Shown: positions 1 to 9,951 of the stretch, in pieces
How the letters are laid out: each line of letters opens with the position of its first letter
Position numbering within the stretch: position 1 is the stretch's first letter
NCBI GenBank assembly: GCA_033762915.1
Contig: JANRLD010000063.1
Span: forward strand, 1 to 50,096
From: Meiothermus sp.
GTDB lineage: Bacteria; Deinococcota; Deinococci; Deinococcales; Thermaceae
Direction: 5' to 3'
DNA: 50,096 nucleotides
Position numbers and translations under genes: made by a program
The notes under the pieces: generated by a model
The model's database searches: none
The model's input: only the letters and a program-made list of their open reading frames with translations
What the model was told of the DNA's origin: nothing

Positions 1-215
1 GGGGGGCCGGGCCCGGCCGGGCCACCGGCGGGGGCGCCGGGGGGGGGGGGGGCACCGGGGGGGGGGGCCAACGCCAGCGGCTCCTGCGCCGGGCGGAAGG
101 CGATCAGGTACCAAGTGACCAGCGCGGCGGCCAGGAGCAGCGCGACCGCCAGCACCTTGGCCGACTGGGGGATCTTCTGTATGTTCTGCTGCAGGTTTTG
201 CAGGAGGTTATTCAT
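1..215 (-). CDS. pilW: Thermus-type PilW-like competence/pilus membrane protein, 5' part (runs off window)
   Basis: ATG at 215 overlaps the pilO stop (ATGA). Reads MNNLLQNLQQNIQKIPQSAKVLAVALLLAAALVTWYLIAF, then a Pro-rich tract. Position matches the Thermus pilMNOWQ order. Confidence 0.65.
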   Translation of the reverse strand, partial: MNNLLQNLQQNIQKIPQSAKVLAVALLLAAALVTWYLIAFRPAQEPLALAPPPGAPPPPGAPAGGPAGPGP

Positions 216-871
216 GGCTGACCTCCTGTGGCGGGCTGACCGGCGGGCGGCTGGCCGTCGGTGGGCTGGGCGCTGGCGGTGTCCCCAGTGTAGGTGTAGA
301 CAGTCATGGTTAGGCTGGTGCCGATGGGGGGGTCTTGCTCGTTAATCAGCGCACCGACCTGGGAGGTCGGGCCGCCGCCCAGGGTGAGGTTGAGGCCCGA
401 GGTGGTGGCGAAGCGCCGTAACTGCTCGATGCGTTCCAGGAAGGCGAACAACTCGGCGTAGCGGGCGTCGAACTGGAGAGCGATGTTGGTGGCCCGCACG
501 TTGGTCACGCCCCCGCTGTCGCCGCCGCTGCGGTTGAACTGGCGCAGCCGCACCCCGCTCTCACGGGCCTGCTGGGTGATCTCGGTCAGCACACGGCCCA
601 ACTGCTCGGTGGGGGGCAGCTCTCGCATGAACTCCTGACGTTCGGCCTCGTACTGCGCGATAGCCGCCCGGAGCTGGGGCAGGGCGCGCCGCGCCGCCAG
701 GCCCCGTTCACGCTCGGACTCGAGCTGGCTGATCTCGCTCTCGATGCCCGGAATCTGGTTCTGCAGCGAGGTGGTGATGGTGAAGTACCAGGCCGCGCCC
801 AGCACCAGGGCTAGCACCATCACGATGATGGCCCACTCGCGCTGGCCGAGTTTAGCGAGAGCCTGTGCCAT
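212..871 (-). CDS. pilO: Type IV pilus assembly protein PilO
   Basis: Likely start MAQALAKLGQRE (ATG 871, AAGGAGG upstream). N-terminal TM helix, coiled coil and PilO-like 'YAELFAFLERIEQLRRF'. Follows pilN. Confidence 0.88.
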   Translation of the reverse strand: MAQALAKLGQREWAIIVMVLALVLGAAWYFTITTSLQNQIPGIESEISQLESERERGLAARRALPQLRAAIAQYEAERQEFMRELPPTEQLGRVLTEITQQARESGVRLRQFNRSGGDSGGVTNVRATNIALQFDARYAELFAFLERIEQLRRFATTSGLNLTLGGGPTSQVGALINEQDPPIGTSLTMTVYTYTGDTASAQPTDGQPPAGQPATGGQP

Positions 872-1508
872 CGCCCCCTCCTTGTGCGGTGTTGTTGTTC
901 TTTTCGGCGATGTAGCCGACGGTGGCCCCGAAGGTGTAGAGGCCCTTGGTGGAGTCAAACTGGGCCTGCTGGAAGTTGATGCCGAAGCGGGGGTTGGTCT
1001 CGAAGGCCTCGAGGAAGCGAATCAGCGCGTTCTCCCCCAGCACATCGCCCTGGATGGTGAACTCCACGTTGATCGGCTTGCCGTCGTAGGCCCCGCTGGC
1101 AGCGTTGCTCTGGACGTCCTGCGGCGAGAGCAGGCGCGTCCCGATGGTGCGGATCTGCACCCCCGGGCGAGCCCCCTCGCGGGGAATCTGGCCGAACACC
1201 GCCCGCAGGTTCTGCGACCAGGGCACGTAGCGCTCGCGGAGCTGGTTGCGTACCCCTAGGATCTGCTGGAGCTGGGCCTGTTCGCGGTTGAGGCGATTCT
1301 GGTCGGCGATTTCGCGGCGCAGTTCTTCGACCTGAGCCCGCAATTCGTCGCGGTTGCTCTCCAGTGCGGCGAGGCGGGTGGCGGTAGAGAAGTGGATGAA
1401 GCCCACGGTGCCGAAGACCAGCGCCACCATGGCGGCGGCAGCCAGCCGCCACCAGCCGGGCTCTACCCGGCGGCGCAGGTTCTTGGGGAGCAGGTTGAGT
1501 TTAATCAA
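852..1508 (-). CDS. pilN: Type IV pilus assembly protein PilN
   Basis: N-terminal IKLNLLP PilM-binding motif, TM helix and coiled coil. Overlaps the pilM stop. Confidence 0.92.
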   Translation of the reverse strand: MIKLNLLPKNLRRRVEPGWWRLAAAAMVALVFGTVGFIHFSTATRLAALESNRDELRAQVEELRREIADQNRLNREQAQLQQILGVRNQLRERYVPWSQNLRAVFGQIPREGARPGVQIRTIGTRLLSPQDVQSNAASGAYDGKPINVEFTIQGDVLGENALIRFLEAFETNPRFGINFQQAQFDSTKGLYTFGATVGYIAEKNNNTAQGGGDGTGSR

Positions 1509-2637
1509 GCGGACTCACCCCCCGCAGCGCCAACCCCACCGGAACCGTGAACTCGGCGGAGAGGCTGCGCAGGTACTCGAGGTCGAAGCGGTTCTTGTCG
1601 ATCTGGATGTTCTGCCAGGGGTCGGCAATCTCCAGCGGAATGCCCAGGGTGTCGGCCAGGAGCGGCACCAGGCTGCGCAGCTTGGAGCCGCCGCCCGCCA
1701 CGAAGCCCTGGTCCACGCCTAGGTCGCCGACCTGCACGCGGAAGAACTCGAGGCTGCGCCGCAGCTCGGTGGTCAGCTCCACCAGCACGGGCCGGATGGC
1801 GTCGTACATGCGGGCCGGGTTGAAGCGTTCGCGCTCGGCGTCGAAGTCCAGCAGCAGGTCTTCGTCTTCGGTGGGGATGGTGGCCAGGCCGTAGTTCTTC
1901 TTGGCGTCTTCAGCAGCCAAGATGTCAAGATTAAAGGCTTTGGATATCGCAGCGGTGAAGTCCTTGCCGGAGAGGTTGATCACGCGGTTGAGCAGCAGAC
2001 GGTCTCCGCGCGTGAGCACCAGCGCGCTGGACTCAGCCCCGATCTCCAGGAACAAGGTGATGGGCTCGCGGTCGGGGTTGTGCAGCCGGTTGCCCAGTGT
2101 CCGCAGCCCGGCAAAGGGCTTTACGTCGATAATCAGGGGCTCGAGGCCCGCCGCCTTGAGCACCTCCACCAGGCTGGCCACGGTCTCCTGCCGGGCCGCC
2201 CCCACCACCACGTCCATCTGCTCACCTTCAGGCACTGAGTCGGCCGTGTCGAGGGTGGCGTAGTCGAGCACCACCTCGTCGATGGGGAAGGGGATATAGC
2301 GCTCGGCCTCCCAGCGCACCGCCTCGTCCATCTGCTTGGCGGGCATCTTGGGCACCTGGAGGGTACGGGTGATCACCGCCAGGTTGCTGGCTGCCGTCAC
2401 CACGTAGCGGTTGCGGGTGCGCAGCTCGCCCAGCATCTCGCGCAGTTCGTTGGCCAGGATCTGGGGGTCAATGATTGAGCCCTCCTGGATGGCTCCCGGA
2501 GGGGTGGGGCGAATGGCCAGCCCCCGTAGGCTGGCGGGGCTGCCCTTCAGTTCGACCACCTTGAGGTTGGCCGTTCCAATTTCCAAACCCAGTGCTTCGA
2601 CCCTGGGCTTTAGAAGGCCACCTAACAAGTCACGCAC
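1501..2637 (-). CDS. pilM: Type IV pilus assembly protein PilM (actin-like)
   Basis: GLEIG, YIPFPIDEVVLD, ELRRSLEFF, AGGGSKL and VGLALRG motifs. Confidence 0.96.
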   Translation of the reverse strand: MRDLLGGLLKPRVEALGLEIGTANLKVVELKGSPASLRGLAIRPTPPGAIQEGSIIDPQILANELREMLGELRTRNRYVVTAASNLAVITRTLQVPKMPAKQMDEAVRWEAERYIPFPIDEVVLDYATLDTADSVPEGEQMDVVVGAARQETVASLVEVLKAAGLEPLIIDVKPFAGLRTLGNRLHNPDREPITLFLEIGAESSALVLTRGDRLLLNRVINLSGKDFTAAISKAFNLDILAAEDAKKNYGLATIPTEDEDLLLDFDAERERFNPARMYDAIRPVLVELTTELRRSLEFFRVQVGDLGVDQGFVAGGGSKLRSLVPLLADTLGIPLEIADPWQNIQIDKNRFDLEYLRSLSAEFTVPVGLALRGVSPLD

Positions 2638-2675
2638 GTCGCCCCCTTTGCGGTTTACGGACTAAACCTTTTGGC

Positions 2676-2684
2676 AGTATAGCA
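2676..2684 (-). promoter_or_regulatory. Extended -10 promoter (TGcTATACT) for the pilMNOW operon
   Basis: TG-C-TATACT on the minus strand about 40 nt upstream of the pilM GTG. Confidence 0.5.
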
Positions 2685-3066
2685 CGGTAAAACTCAACCT
2701 TCGCGGTCATATTCCCCCTACTTTAACGCAATTTTTAACGTATGCCCCGTTCATTTGCACATCGCCGTTTAACGCCCCTCGTTACAAGCCACACCCATAT
2801 TGGGCGTGACAATTCCCCACAGAACGCTTCGAGCAGGGCACTTTCACGCCCATGAGAACGGGTTGTGGTTTCCTTAATCCAGCCTCGTGGGGCCATCTCA
2901 GCGTTACGGGAAGCGCAACCTCGAGGGGTAAGGGCGGCGAATGTTGAGGTCAGGCAGAGGAGGCCGGGAGGCAGCCATTGCACCCAGGGCGGTTCTCGAG
3001 TTGGCCCGGCCCCCAGGGCAGACCTGGAAGGCGATCGATGAGTGTAGGGATGAAATCCGCCCCAAC

Positions 3067-4074
3067 CTACAAGGCCCTAGCCACCGCTTCGGCGAACTGC
3101 ATGGTGCTGGCGCTGCCGCCCAGGTCGGGAGTGCGGGGGCCCTCGGCGAGGGTTTTGTCGACCGCGGCCTCGAGCCGCCGTGCCGCCCCGCTCTCGCCCA
3201 AGTGGTCGAGCATCATCACTGCCGAGAACATGGTGGCGGCGGGGTTGGCGACGCCCTTGCCCGCGATGTCCGGGGCCGAACCGTGCACCGACTCGAAGAC
3301 CGCGTGCTGTAGGCCGATGTTGCCGCTGGCCGCGATCCCCAGCCCGCCCACCAGCCCGGCGGTGAGGTCGGAGATGATGTCGCCGAAGAGGTTGGTGGTC
3401 ACGATCACGTCGAAGCGCTCGGGCCGCACCACCAGTTGCATGGCGCAGTTATCGATGATGATGTCCTGGGTATTGACCTCCGGGAATTTGGCGGCCTCCT
3501 CCCTCACCGTGTTCAAGAACAGCCCCTGGGTCAAGGGCAGTACGTTGGCCTTGTGGGCCACGTGGAGCTGCTTGCGCGCCCTCGTGGCGGCGAGCCGGGC
3601 GGCGTACTCCCCGATCCGACTGCTGGCCTTGCGGGTGATCACGGTGTCTGCGATCGCGATCTCCCCGCCCATGTAGCTGCGCTCCTGCTCGACGTAGAGC
3701 CCCTCGGTATTCTCCCGCACCACGATCAGGTCGACGCCCTCCCGCGCACCGGGCACGGGGTGGTACTTGGCGGGCCGCACGTTGGCGAACAGGTCGAGCT
3801 TACGCCTCAGGTAGCGGATGGCCCCGAAGAAGCCCGGCACCTTGCGGGTGGGGCTGGTGGCTGCGCCGAAGAGGGTGGCGTCGGTGTGGGTGACGGTCTC
3901 GATGGTTGATTCCGGCACAGATGTCCCTATCCGCTCGAAAGTTTCCCAGCCCATCTCGGCGGGCACGAACTCGAGCCCCAGTCCCAGGGCCTCGAGGGCC
4001 ACCCGCGCCGCCGGTACCACCTCGTGCCCGATGCCGTCGCCCTCGATCAGACAAATCTTGTAGGTTTTGCTCAT
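3067..4074 (-). CDS. hicd: Homoisocitrate/isocitrate dehydrogenase (AAA lysine pathway)
   Basis: [54 protein letters not shown] and HGSAPDIAG closely resemble Thermus HICDH, which also lies next to pilM. True start is probably ATG 4074. Confidence 0.9.
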   Translation of the reverse strand: MSKTYKICLIEGDGIGHEVVPAARVALEALGLGLEFVPAEMGWETFERIGTSVPESTIETVTHTDATLFGAATSPTRKVPGFFGAIRYLRRKLDLFANVRPAKYHPVPGAREGVDLIVVRENTEGLYVEQERSYMGGEIAIADTVITRKASSRIGEYAARLAATRARKQLHVAHKANVLPLTQGLFLNTVREEAAKFPEVNTQDIIIDNCAMQLVVRPERFDVIVTTNLFGDIISDLTAGLVGGLGIAASGNIGLQHAVFESVHGSAPDIAGKGVANPAATMFSAVMMLDHLGESGAARRLEAAVDKTLAEGPRTPDLGGSASTMQFAEAVARAL

Positions 4075-4219
4075 GCGCACATCTCCGCCCGACATTGTAC
4101 GGCTCGAGGGATGAAAAACGGGTCGCCGGTGTACCGCGCAGAAGGTCGCCCGCCTGCCGGCCACGGTGGGCGAGCACTGCTTCTCAAACCTCTGGAGACC
4201 TCGTGCTAAAATACCGCCA

Positions 4220-5410
4220 GTGCGCCTCTACCGGGTTGGCCTCTTCACCGATGCGTACCTCCCCGCCCCCAACGGGGTGTCTACGAGCATCTATCTGCTG
4301 CTACGGGAGCTGCGCCGCATGGGCCACGAGGCCTGGGTGCTGGCCCCGGAGTTCCCCGACTATCACACCCCCGAAGACCACGTGATCCGCATCCCCAGCG
4401 TGCCCTACCCCTTTTTTGAGGATCAGCGGCTGGCCATGCCCAGCTCGGAAATGCTGCCCACCAAGTTCGAGATCTTTCACACCCACACCCCGTTGTTCAT
4501 CGGCATCTGGGGGGCGCGGCTGGCCTACCGCAGCAGCCTGCCGCATATCTCGACCTTCCACACCCACCTCGAGAAGTACGCCCACTACATCCCCGGCATG
4601 GCCACCATCGACCGCTATGTGGGGATCATCAACAAGGTCTGTCAGGCCTTCTACAACCGCGCCGACGTGGTGATCGCCCCCACCCAGCCGATTAAGCGGC
4701 TGGCCGAGAGCTACGAGATCGAGCGCGAGATTAAGGTTATTCCCACTGGCATCGACACCGAACTGCTCGAGTCGGCCCCCGAGCCGGTCTCGCCCTGGCC
4801 CTCCGGCAAGCGCCGCCTGCTGCACGTGGGCCGCCTGGGGCAGGAGAAGAGCGTGGAGGTGGTGTTGCGGGCGGTGGCCGAGCTGCGCCGCCACCAGCCC
4901 GTACACCTGGCCCTGCTGGGCACCGGCCCCGACCGCGACCTGCTGGGCCAGCTTGCGGCCGAGCTGGGCATCGCCGAGGACATCACCTTTGTTGGCGCGG
5001 TGCCTTACAGCCACATCGGCGGGTACTACCGGATGGCCGAGCTGCTGCTGTTCGCCAGCGCGACCGAGACCCAGGGCCTGGTGACCTGGGAGGCCCAGGC
5101 GATGGGGGTGCCCGTGGTGGTGGTGGGGGCTGAGGGGACCCTGGAGGGCCTCGAGGTGGGGGTGAGCGGCTATATGGTGCAGCCCGGCGACTACCGCGGC
5201 ATGGCCCAGTACGCCCTCGAGCTGCTCTCCGACGACCAGCTCCGCCAGAAGTTCAGCGAGGGGGCCCGCCGCTTTGCCGACGCCAGGAGCGCCCGACGCA
5301 TCGCCGAGCAGGTGATCGAACTCTACGACCTCGCCACCCGCCTGGTTCAAGTCGAGCCCCGCCGCCTGAAAATCCCCTTCCCGCGCCTGCCGAGAGAGAC
5401 CTCACTTTAG
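4220..5410 (+). CDS. Glycosyltransferase family 4 (diacylglycerol glucosyltransferase-like)
   Basis: [28 protein letters not shown] and [10 protein letters not shown] (EX7E). GTG start at 4220 preceded by TAAAAT. Confidence 0.9.
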   Translation: MRLYRVGLFTDAYLPAPNGVSTSIYLLLRELRRMGHEAWVLAPEFPDYHTPEDHVIRIPSVPYPFFEDQRLAMPSSEMLPTKFEIFHTHTPLFIGIWGARLAYRSSLPHISTFHTHLEKYAHYIPGMATIDRYVGIINKVCQAFYNRADVVIAPTQPIKRLAESYEIEREIKVIPTGIDTELLESAPEPVSPWPSGKRRLLHVGRLGQEKSVEVVLRAVAELRRHQPVHLALLGTGPDRDLLGQLAAELGIAEDITFVGAVPYSHIGGYYRMAELLLFASATETQGLVTWEAQAMGVPVVVVGAEGTLEGLEVGVSGYMVQPGDYRGMAQYALELLSDDQLRQKFSEGARRFADARSARRIAEQVIELYDLATRLVQVEPRRLKIPFPRLPRETSL

Positions 5411-5548
5411 CGGGTAGGAGGTACGGGGTGGAGGCGGACAGCCATGAGGCAGAAGGCAGAGACCAGGCCGCAAGGCTCAAGACCCTACCTTTGACCCTTC
5501 TTCTCACCCTAACCGCTCACCCGCATTTCCTAAATTCTCTGCGACCTT

Positions 5549-6274
5549 ATGAAACCCACCGTCAGCGTAGTCGTCCCCGCCCGCAACGAGGAGGCCAACA
5601 TCGAGGCCTGCTTGCGCTCGATTTTGCAGCAGAGCCCGGCCCCCCTCGAGGTCATACTGATCGACAACGGCTCCACCGACCGCACCGGCGAGATCGGGCG
5701 CAGCCTGGGGGTCAAGGTGGTCTATCAGGCTACCCCGGGGTTGCACATTGCCCGGCAGACCGGCCTCGAGGTGGCGGTGGGGGACGTGGTGGCTGCCACC
5801 GACGCCGACTGCATCGTGAAGCAGGGCTGGGTGGGGGAGATCCAGGAGGCCTTCGTCGACCCCTCCGTGGTGGAGACCTACGGTCCGCTCGAGTTCTTCG
5901 ACGCGCCCCCGTTTGACACCCTGCTGGCCAAGTACGGCTGGCCGCTGTTCGTGGGCATCATGGACCGGCTGGGCCAGCCCAACACCTCCGGCGGCAACCA
6001 CGCCGTGCGGCGCAAGGTGGCCCTCGAGGTGGGTGGCTACGACGTGCCCTTCGGCGAGGACTTGCGCCTGATGCTCAAGCTCAAGGAGCGCGGCCGGATC
6101 GTTTACCTGCCCAAAGCGGTGGTGCTCACCTCGGGCCGCCGGCTGAAGAAGGGCCGCTTCAAGATGTACGGGGTTCACCTCAAGAACATCTGGCGGCGGC
6201 TGCGCGGCCTACCCCAGGACTACGGCACCGACTACTACGCCGAGCGCGAACGGGCCAGGGATAAGAAGCAGTAG
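5549..6274 (+). CDS. Glycosyltransferase family 2
   Basis: VSVVVPARNEE, DNGSTD, DAD, GEDL and TSGRR motifs. Confidence 0.92.
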   Translation: MKPTVSVVVPARNEEANIEACLRSILQQSPAPLEVILIDNGSTDRTGEIGRSLGVKVVYQATPGLHIARQTGLEVAVGDVVAATDADCIVKQGWVGEIQEAFVDPSVVETYGPLEFFDAPPFDTLLAKYGWPLFVGIMDRLGQPNTSGGNHAVRRKVALEVGGYDVPFGEDLRLMLKLKERGRIVYLPKAVVLTSGRRLKKGRFKMYGVHLKNIWRRLRGLPQDYGTDYYAERERARDKKQ

Positions 6275-6310
6275 GTTGACCCGGCAGACCTAAGGCCCTA
6301 CCTTCGGGCT

Positions 6311-6457
6311 ATGGCGGAGATCCTCGAGCGCAGTCCCCTGACCCGTAGCGAGGCGGGCGACATATTTGTGGAGGGCAGTCGGGCGCTGCTGGAGGTGTTG
6401 GTGGATGCGTACAACACCGGGGCCAGCCCCGAGGCCTTGAGCCTGGACTACCCCTGA
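6311..6457 (+). pseudogene. Truncated DUF433-family antitoxin (48 aa)
   Basis: MAEILERSPLTRSEAGDIFVEGSRALLEVLVDAYNTGASPEALSLDYP* fits the DUF433 pattern (G-T/S-R-V...GAT/S-PE.I...YP). Leaderless TACCTT lies 6 nt upstream. Not in the ORF track. Confidence 0.65.
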
Positions 6458-6481
6458 AGGCCGATTGGGGGATAGACCCCT

Positions 6482-6632
6482 CGGTTTGACGCAGGGCTTT
6501 TCATGCCCGGCCTGTAGCTGGTGCGGCGTGGTGCCACTCACGGGCAGGTGATACGTGCTGTACAGTTGTTCGTCGAGTGCGCCGGGCCGGAAGAGATGCA
6601 CTATTGTATACCTGTATATCCCGCTGGATTAA
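6482..6632 (+). pseudogene. C-terminal remnant of a DUF5615 PIN-like toxin
   Basis: RFDAGLFMPGL*LVRRGATHGQVIRAVQLFVECAGPEEMHYCI, then LYIPLD* in the +1 frame. Internal TAG at 6515 and a frameshift near 6611. Confidence 0.5.
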
Positions 6633-6642
6633 CTGACCTGCC

Positions 6643-7551
6643 ATGACCAAACACCTCCTCGTCTCCGGCCTTGTCAATCTCGAGACCACCCTCAAGGTGG
6701 ACCGTTTTCCTCTCGTCTACGAGCCGGTGCGCTTCCCGTTTTTCGGGGTGGGGAGCCGGGTGGCGGGGGTAGGGTTTAATCTGTCCAAGGCGCTGGTCAC
6801 GCTGGGGAGCCGGGTCGAGCTGCTCTCGCTGACGGGCCGCGACGAGGTGGGGCTGCTGGCGCACAAGGCGGTGGTGGAGCTGGGCCTGAGCACCGCGTAC
6901 CTGCTGCCCGAACTCGAGGCCCAACCCCAGTCGGTCATACTCTACGAGCCCGGCGGCCGGCGCATGATCTTTTCCGACCTCAAGGATATCCAGGATCGGA
7001 CGTATCCGGCAGGGCGGTTTGAGGCCGCGCTCGAGAACGCCGCATTGGCGGTGCTGTGCAACATCAACTTCTCGAGGGCCTTGCTGCCCGTCGCCAAGGC
7101 CGGAGGCGTGCCAGTGGCGACCGACGTGCACACCATCGGGAGCCTCGAGGACGCCTACAACGACGACTTTATGGCGGCCGCCGACGTCCTCTTTCAGAGC
7201 CACGAAAAGCTGCCGGTCACGCCCGAGGAGTGGGTAGGGCAGGTCAGCCGCCGCTACGGGAAGAAGCTGATGGTGGTCGGGCTTGGGGCGGAGGGCGCAC
7301 TGCTTTGGGATGGTGGCAGGGCCGTGCGGGTGCCCGCCGTGCAGCCGCGCCCTGCCGTCAACACAGTCGGGGCCGGGGACGCGCTGTTCGCGGCGTTTCT
7401 GCACTTCTACGCTAAGGGGCTCGAGCCCTACGGGTGCCTGCGCCGGGCAGTCTGGTTCGCGGGCTACAAGGTGGGGGCCAGCGGGGCCGCCGAGGGGTTT
7501 TTGGGTGAAGAGGACCTCGAGCGCCTTGCCGCCAGGCCCCAGACCGGGTAA
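6643..7551 (+). CDS. PfkB/ribokinase-family carbohydrate kinase
   Basis: AGVGFNLSKAL N-terminal signature and NTVGAGDA catalytic motif. Confidence 0.9.
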   Translation: MTKHLLVSGLVNLETTLKVDRFPLVYEPVRFPFFGVGSRVAGVGFNLSKALVTLGSRVELLSLTGRDEVGLLAHKAVVELGLSTAYLLPELEAQPQSVILYEPGGRRMIFSDLKDIQDRTYPAGRFEAALENAALAVLCNINFSRALLPVAKAGGVPVATDVHTIGSLEDAYNDDFMAAADVLFQSHEKLPVTPEEWVGQVSRRYGKKLMVVGLGAEGALLWDGGRAVRVPAVQPRPAVNTVGAGDALFAAFLHFYAKGLEPYGCLRRAVWFAGYKVGASGAAEGFLGEEDLERLAARPQTG

Positions 7552-7560
7552 AACTCTTCC

Positions 7561-8595
7561 ATGCTCACCGTCTACACCGAGACCCACCAGCTCCACCACG
7601 GGCGCAACGAGCTGATGGCCGGCCAACTGGTGCCGGTCTTCGAGGTGCCGCGCCGCGTCGAGATCGTGCTGGATCAGGTGAGGAGGGTCGGGCTGGGGGA
7701 GGTGGTGGGGCCGGAAGCTTTCGGCCTGGCCCCGGTCCTGCGGGTGCACCACCCCGACTATGTGGGGTTCCTTCAGACCGCCTGGGAGGAGTGGTGTGCG
7801 CTGGGGCGTGGCGACACCGACGCGCTGCCCTACGCCTGGCCGGTACGCCGCACGGACCAGGCCAGAGCGCCCCGGGGCATCGACGCCAGGCTGGGCTTCT
7901 ACTCCTTCGACGCGGCCTCGCCCATCGGGGCCGGGACCTGGGAGGCTGTGCGGGGCAGCGCCGACGTGGCCCTCAGCGCGGCCGGCTGGGTGCAGCGAGG
8001 CGCACGGTCGGCCTTCGCGCTGTGCCGCCCGCCGGGGCACCATGCCGCGCAGGACTACATGGGCGGCTACTGTTTCCTCAACAATGCCGCCATCGCTGCA
8101 CAGTCTATGCGCGACGCTGGGGCCGGGCGGGTGGCGATCCTGGACATCGACTACCACCATGGCAACGGCACCCAGGCCATCTTCTACGACCGCCCCGACG
8201 TGCTGGTGGCCAACCTCCACGGCGACCCGGACATGGAGTACCCCTACTTCCTGGGTCGCGCCGACGAGCGCGGGGCAGGAGAGGGGGAGGGCTTCAACCT
8301 CAACTACCCCCTGCCCTGGGGCACCGGCTTTGCGGACTGGTCGGAGGCTCTCGAGGAGGCCTGCCGGCAGATCGCCCGCTACGCCCCCGAGGCGCTGGTC
8401 GTTTCGCTGGGGGTCGACACCTACCAGGGCGACCCCATCTCGCAGTTCAAGCTCGACAGCCCCGATTACCTGAGGGTCGGGGAGCGCATCGCCGGGCTGG
8501 GCCGGCCGACCCTCTTCGTGATGGAGGGCGGCTACGCGGTCGAGGAGATCGGGCTCAACGCGGTCAACGTGCTGTTGGGCTTTGAGGGGGCCTAA
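7561..8595 (+). CDS. Histone-deacetylase family, acetylpolyamine amidohydrolase-like
   Basis: RPPGHHA, GGYCFLNNAA, DIDYHHGNGTQ, SLGVD and EGGY motifs. Confidence 0.92.
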   Translation: MLTVYTETHQLHHGRNELMAGQLVPVFEVPRRVEIVLDQVRRVGLGEVVGPEAFGLAPVLRVHHPDYVGFLQTAWEEWCALGRGDTDALPYAWPVRRTDQARAPRGIDARLGFYSFDAASPIGAGTWEAVRGSADVALSAAGWVQRGARSAFALCRPPGHHAAQDYMGGYCFLNNAAIAAQSMRDAGAGRVAILDIDYHHGNGTQAIFYDRPDVLVANLHGDPDMEYPYFLGRADERGAGEGEGFNLNYPLPWGTGFADWSEALEEACRQIARYAPEALVVSLGVDTYQGDPISQFKLDSPDYLRVGERIAGLGRPTLFVMEGGYAVEEIGLNAVNVLLGFEGA

Positions 8596-8596
8596 G

Positions 8597-9445
8597 ATGA
8601 CCAGAGCCCAGGCCAGAGCGCGCGTCCACAGCCTCGACCCCTCCGCCGACTGCCAGGAGATCGTGGCCCTGATGGGGCGCTACCTCTACGGCTGGGAGAC
8701 CACCCGGGCCCTCGAGTTGGCCCTCTTCCGCACCTACGGCTCGCCCTCCATCTCGGCCCTGCTCGACCGCACGGGCGAGTTCGCCCAGCGCGGTCAGAAG
8801 CGCTACGACGACACCGCGTTAATCATGGCCGAGATCATGGAGCACGGCTACAACTCCGAGCGCGGCCGAGCCGCCCTGCGCCGGATGAACCAGATGCACG
8901 GCCGCTTCACCATCCCCAACGAAGACTTCCTCTACGTGCTCTCGACCTTTGTGCTCGAGCCGATGCGCTGGAGCCGCTGGCTGAGCCTGCACCCCTGGAC
9001 CCTCCATGAGCGGCAGGCGGCCTTCAACTTCTGGCTCGAGGTGGGGCGGCGCATGAACATCAAGGACATCCCCCCGACCTTGGATGCCCTCGAGCGCTGG
9101 AGCCTAGAGTACGAGGAGCGCCACTTCGTCTACGCCGACACCAACCGCCGGGTGGCCGACGCCACCGTTGCCATCTTTATGGGTTGGTTCCCCACCGCCT
9201 TGCACCCGCTGCTCCGGCCGGCCGTATACGCCCTGCTCGACGACCGCCTGCGCGAGGCCCTGGGCTACCCGAAACAGCCAGTCTGGCTCACCGGGCTGCT
9301 GCTCAAGGGCGCACGGCTGCGGGCCTGGGCGGGCGAACAGCTGCCCGTCCCGCCCTATGAGTACACTGCCCAGCGCCACCGCAGCTACCCGCAGGGCTAC
9401 ACGGTCGAGCAACTGGGCGCTGACCGGAGGGAGGGGCCGGCGTGA
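8597..9445 (+). CDS. MpaB/DUF2236 (rubber-oxygenase-like) family protein
   Basis: TGEF...KRYDDT, RMNQMHGRF and YVLSTF motifs. ATG lies immediately after the upstream stop. Confidence 0.82.
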   Translation: MTRAQARARVHSLDPSADCQEIVALMGRYLYGWETTRALELALFRTYGSPSISALLDRTGEFAQRGQKRYDDTALIMAEIMEHGYNSERGRAALRRMNQMHGRFTIPNEDFLYVLSTFVLEPMRWSRWLSLHPWTLHERQAAFNFWLEVGRRMNIKDIPPTLDALERWSLEYEERHFVYADTNRRVADATVAIFMGWFPTALHPLLRPAVYALLDDRLREALGYPKQPVWLTGLLLKGARLRAWAGEQLPVPPYEYTAQRHRSYPQGYTVEQLGADRREGPA

Positions 9446-9873
9446 GCTGGCGGCGCGGAGACTACGAGGTCCGCGCCGGCCTCAGCCCGTCTGACCTGGG
9501 GCGCGTGCACGAGCAGATGGAGGCCTATTGGAAGCTGGGGACCCCGCCGGAAGTCACCCGCAGGGCCTTTGAGCACTCGCTCGGCTTCGGGCTCTACCGG
9601 GGGCAACTCCTGGTGGGGTGGGCCCGCGTAATCACCGACTACGCAGTCTTCGCCTACCTGGCCGACGTGTTTGTGGTGGAGGAGTGCCGTGGGCAAGGGA
9701 TGGGCCGGTGGCTGGTGGAGTGCATCCTCGAGCACCCCGAGCTGCAAAACCTGCGGCGCTGGATGCTCTCGACCGACGATGCCCACGGCCTGTACGCCCA
9801 GGTCGGTTTCCGCCCGCTGGCCGCCCCCGGCCGCCTTATGGAGCGCCGCCGACCCGACCCAGACAATGCCTGA
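9442..9873 (+). CDS. GNAT N-acetyltransferase
   Basis: ARVITD..FAYLADVFV..RGQGMG and AHGLY..GF. GTGA overlap with the upstream gene. Confidence 0.9.
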   Translation: MSWRRGDYEVRAGLSPSDLGRVHEQMEAYWKLGTPPEVTRRAFEHSLGFGLYRGQLLVGWARVITDYAVFAYLADVFVVEECRGQGMGRWLVECILEHPELQNLRRWMLSTDDAHGLYAQVGFRPLAAPGRLMERRRPDPDNA

Positions 9874-9951
9874 GGACGGTTCCCGCAGACCCCCGGTGCT
9901 GCGGGGGTAGCCGCGCCAGGTATGCGGCGCGGCTACCTGGAGCGGAGAGGC

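Noticed and set aside
1..70. G homopolymer tracts as a phase-variation or G-quadruplex element
   Set aside because: They encode the Pro-rich linker of the PilW-like ORF and sit at the window edge, where sequence quality cannot be judged.
3067..4074. leuB to partner leuC/leuD
   Set aside because: The substrate-loop sequence [19 protein letters not shown] and the position next to pilM fit Thermus homoisocitrate dehydrogenase, not IPMDH.
6290..6601. 103-aa minus-strand ORF in the track
   Set aside because: No recognisable motif. It is better explained as the antisense of the decayed toxin-antitoxin pair.
6601..8220. Long antisense/alternate-frame ORFs (also 4301-5350, 14894-16135, 15003-16415, 20374-21609, 25900-27405, 26255-27451)
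   Set aside because: These are shadow ORFs expected from high-GC codon bias. Each overlaps a gene with clear family motifs.
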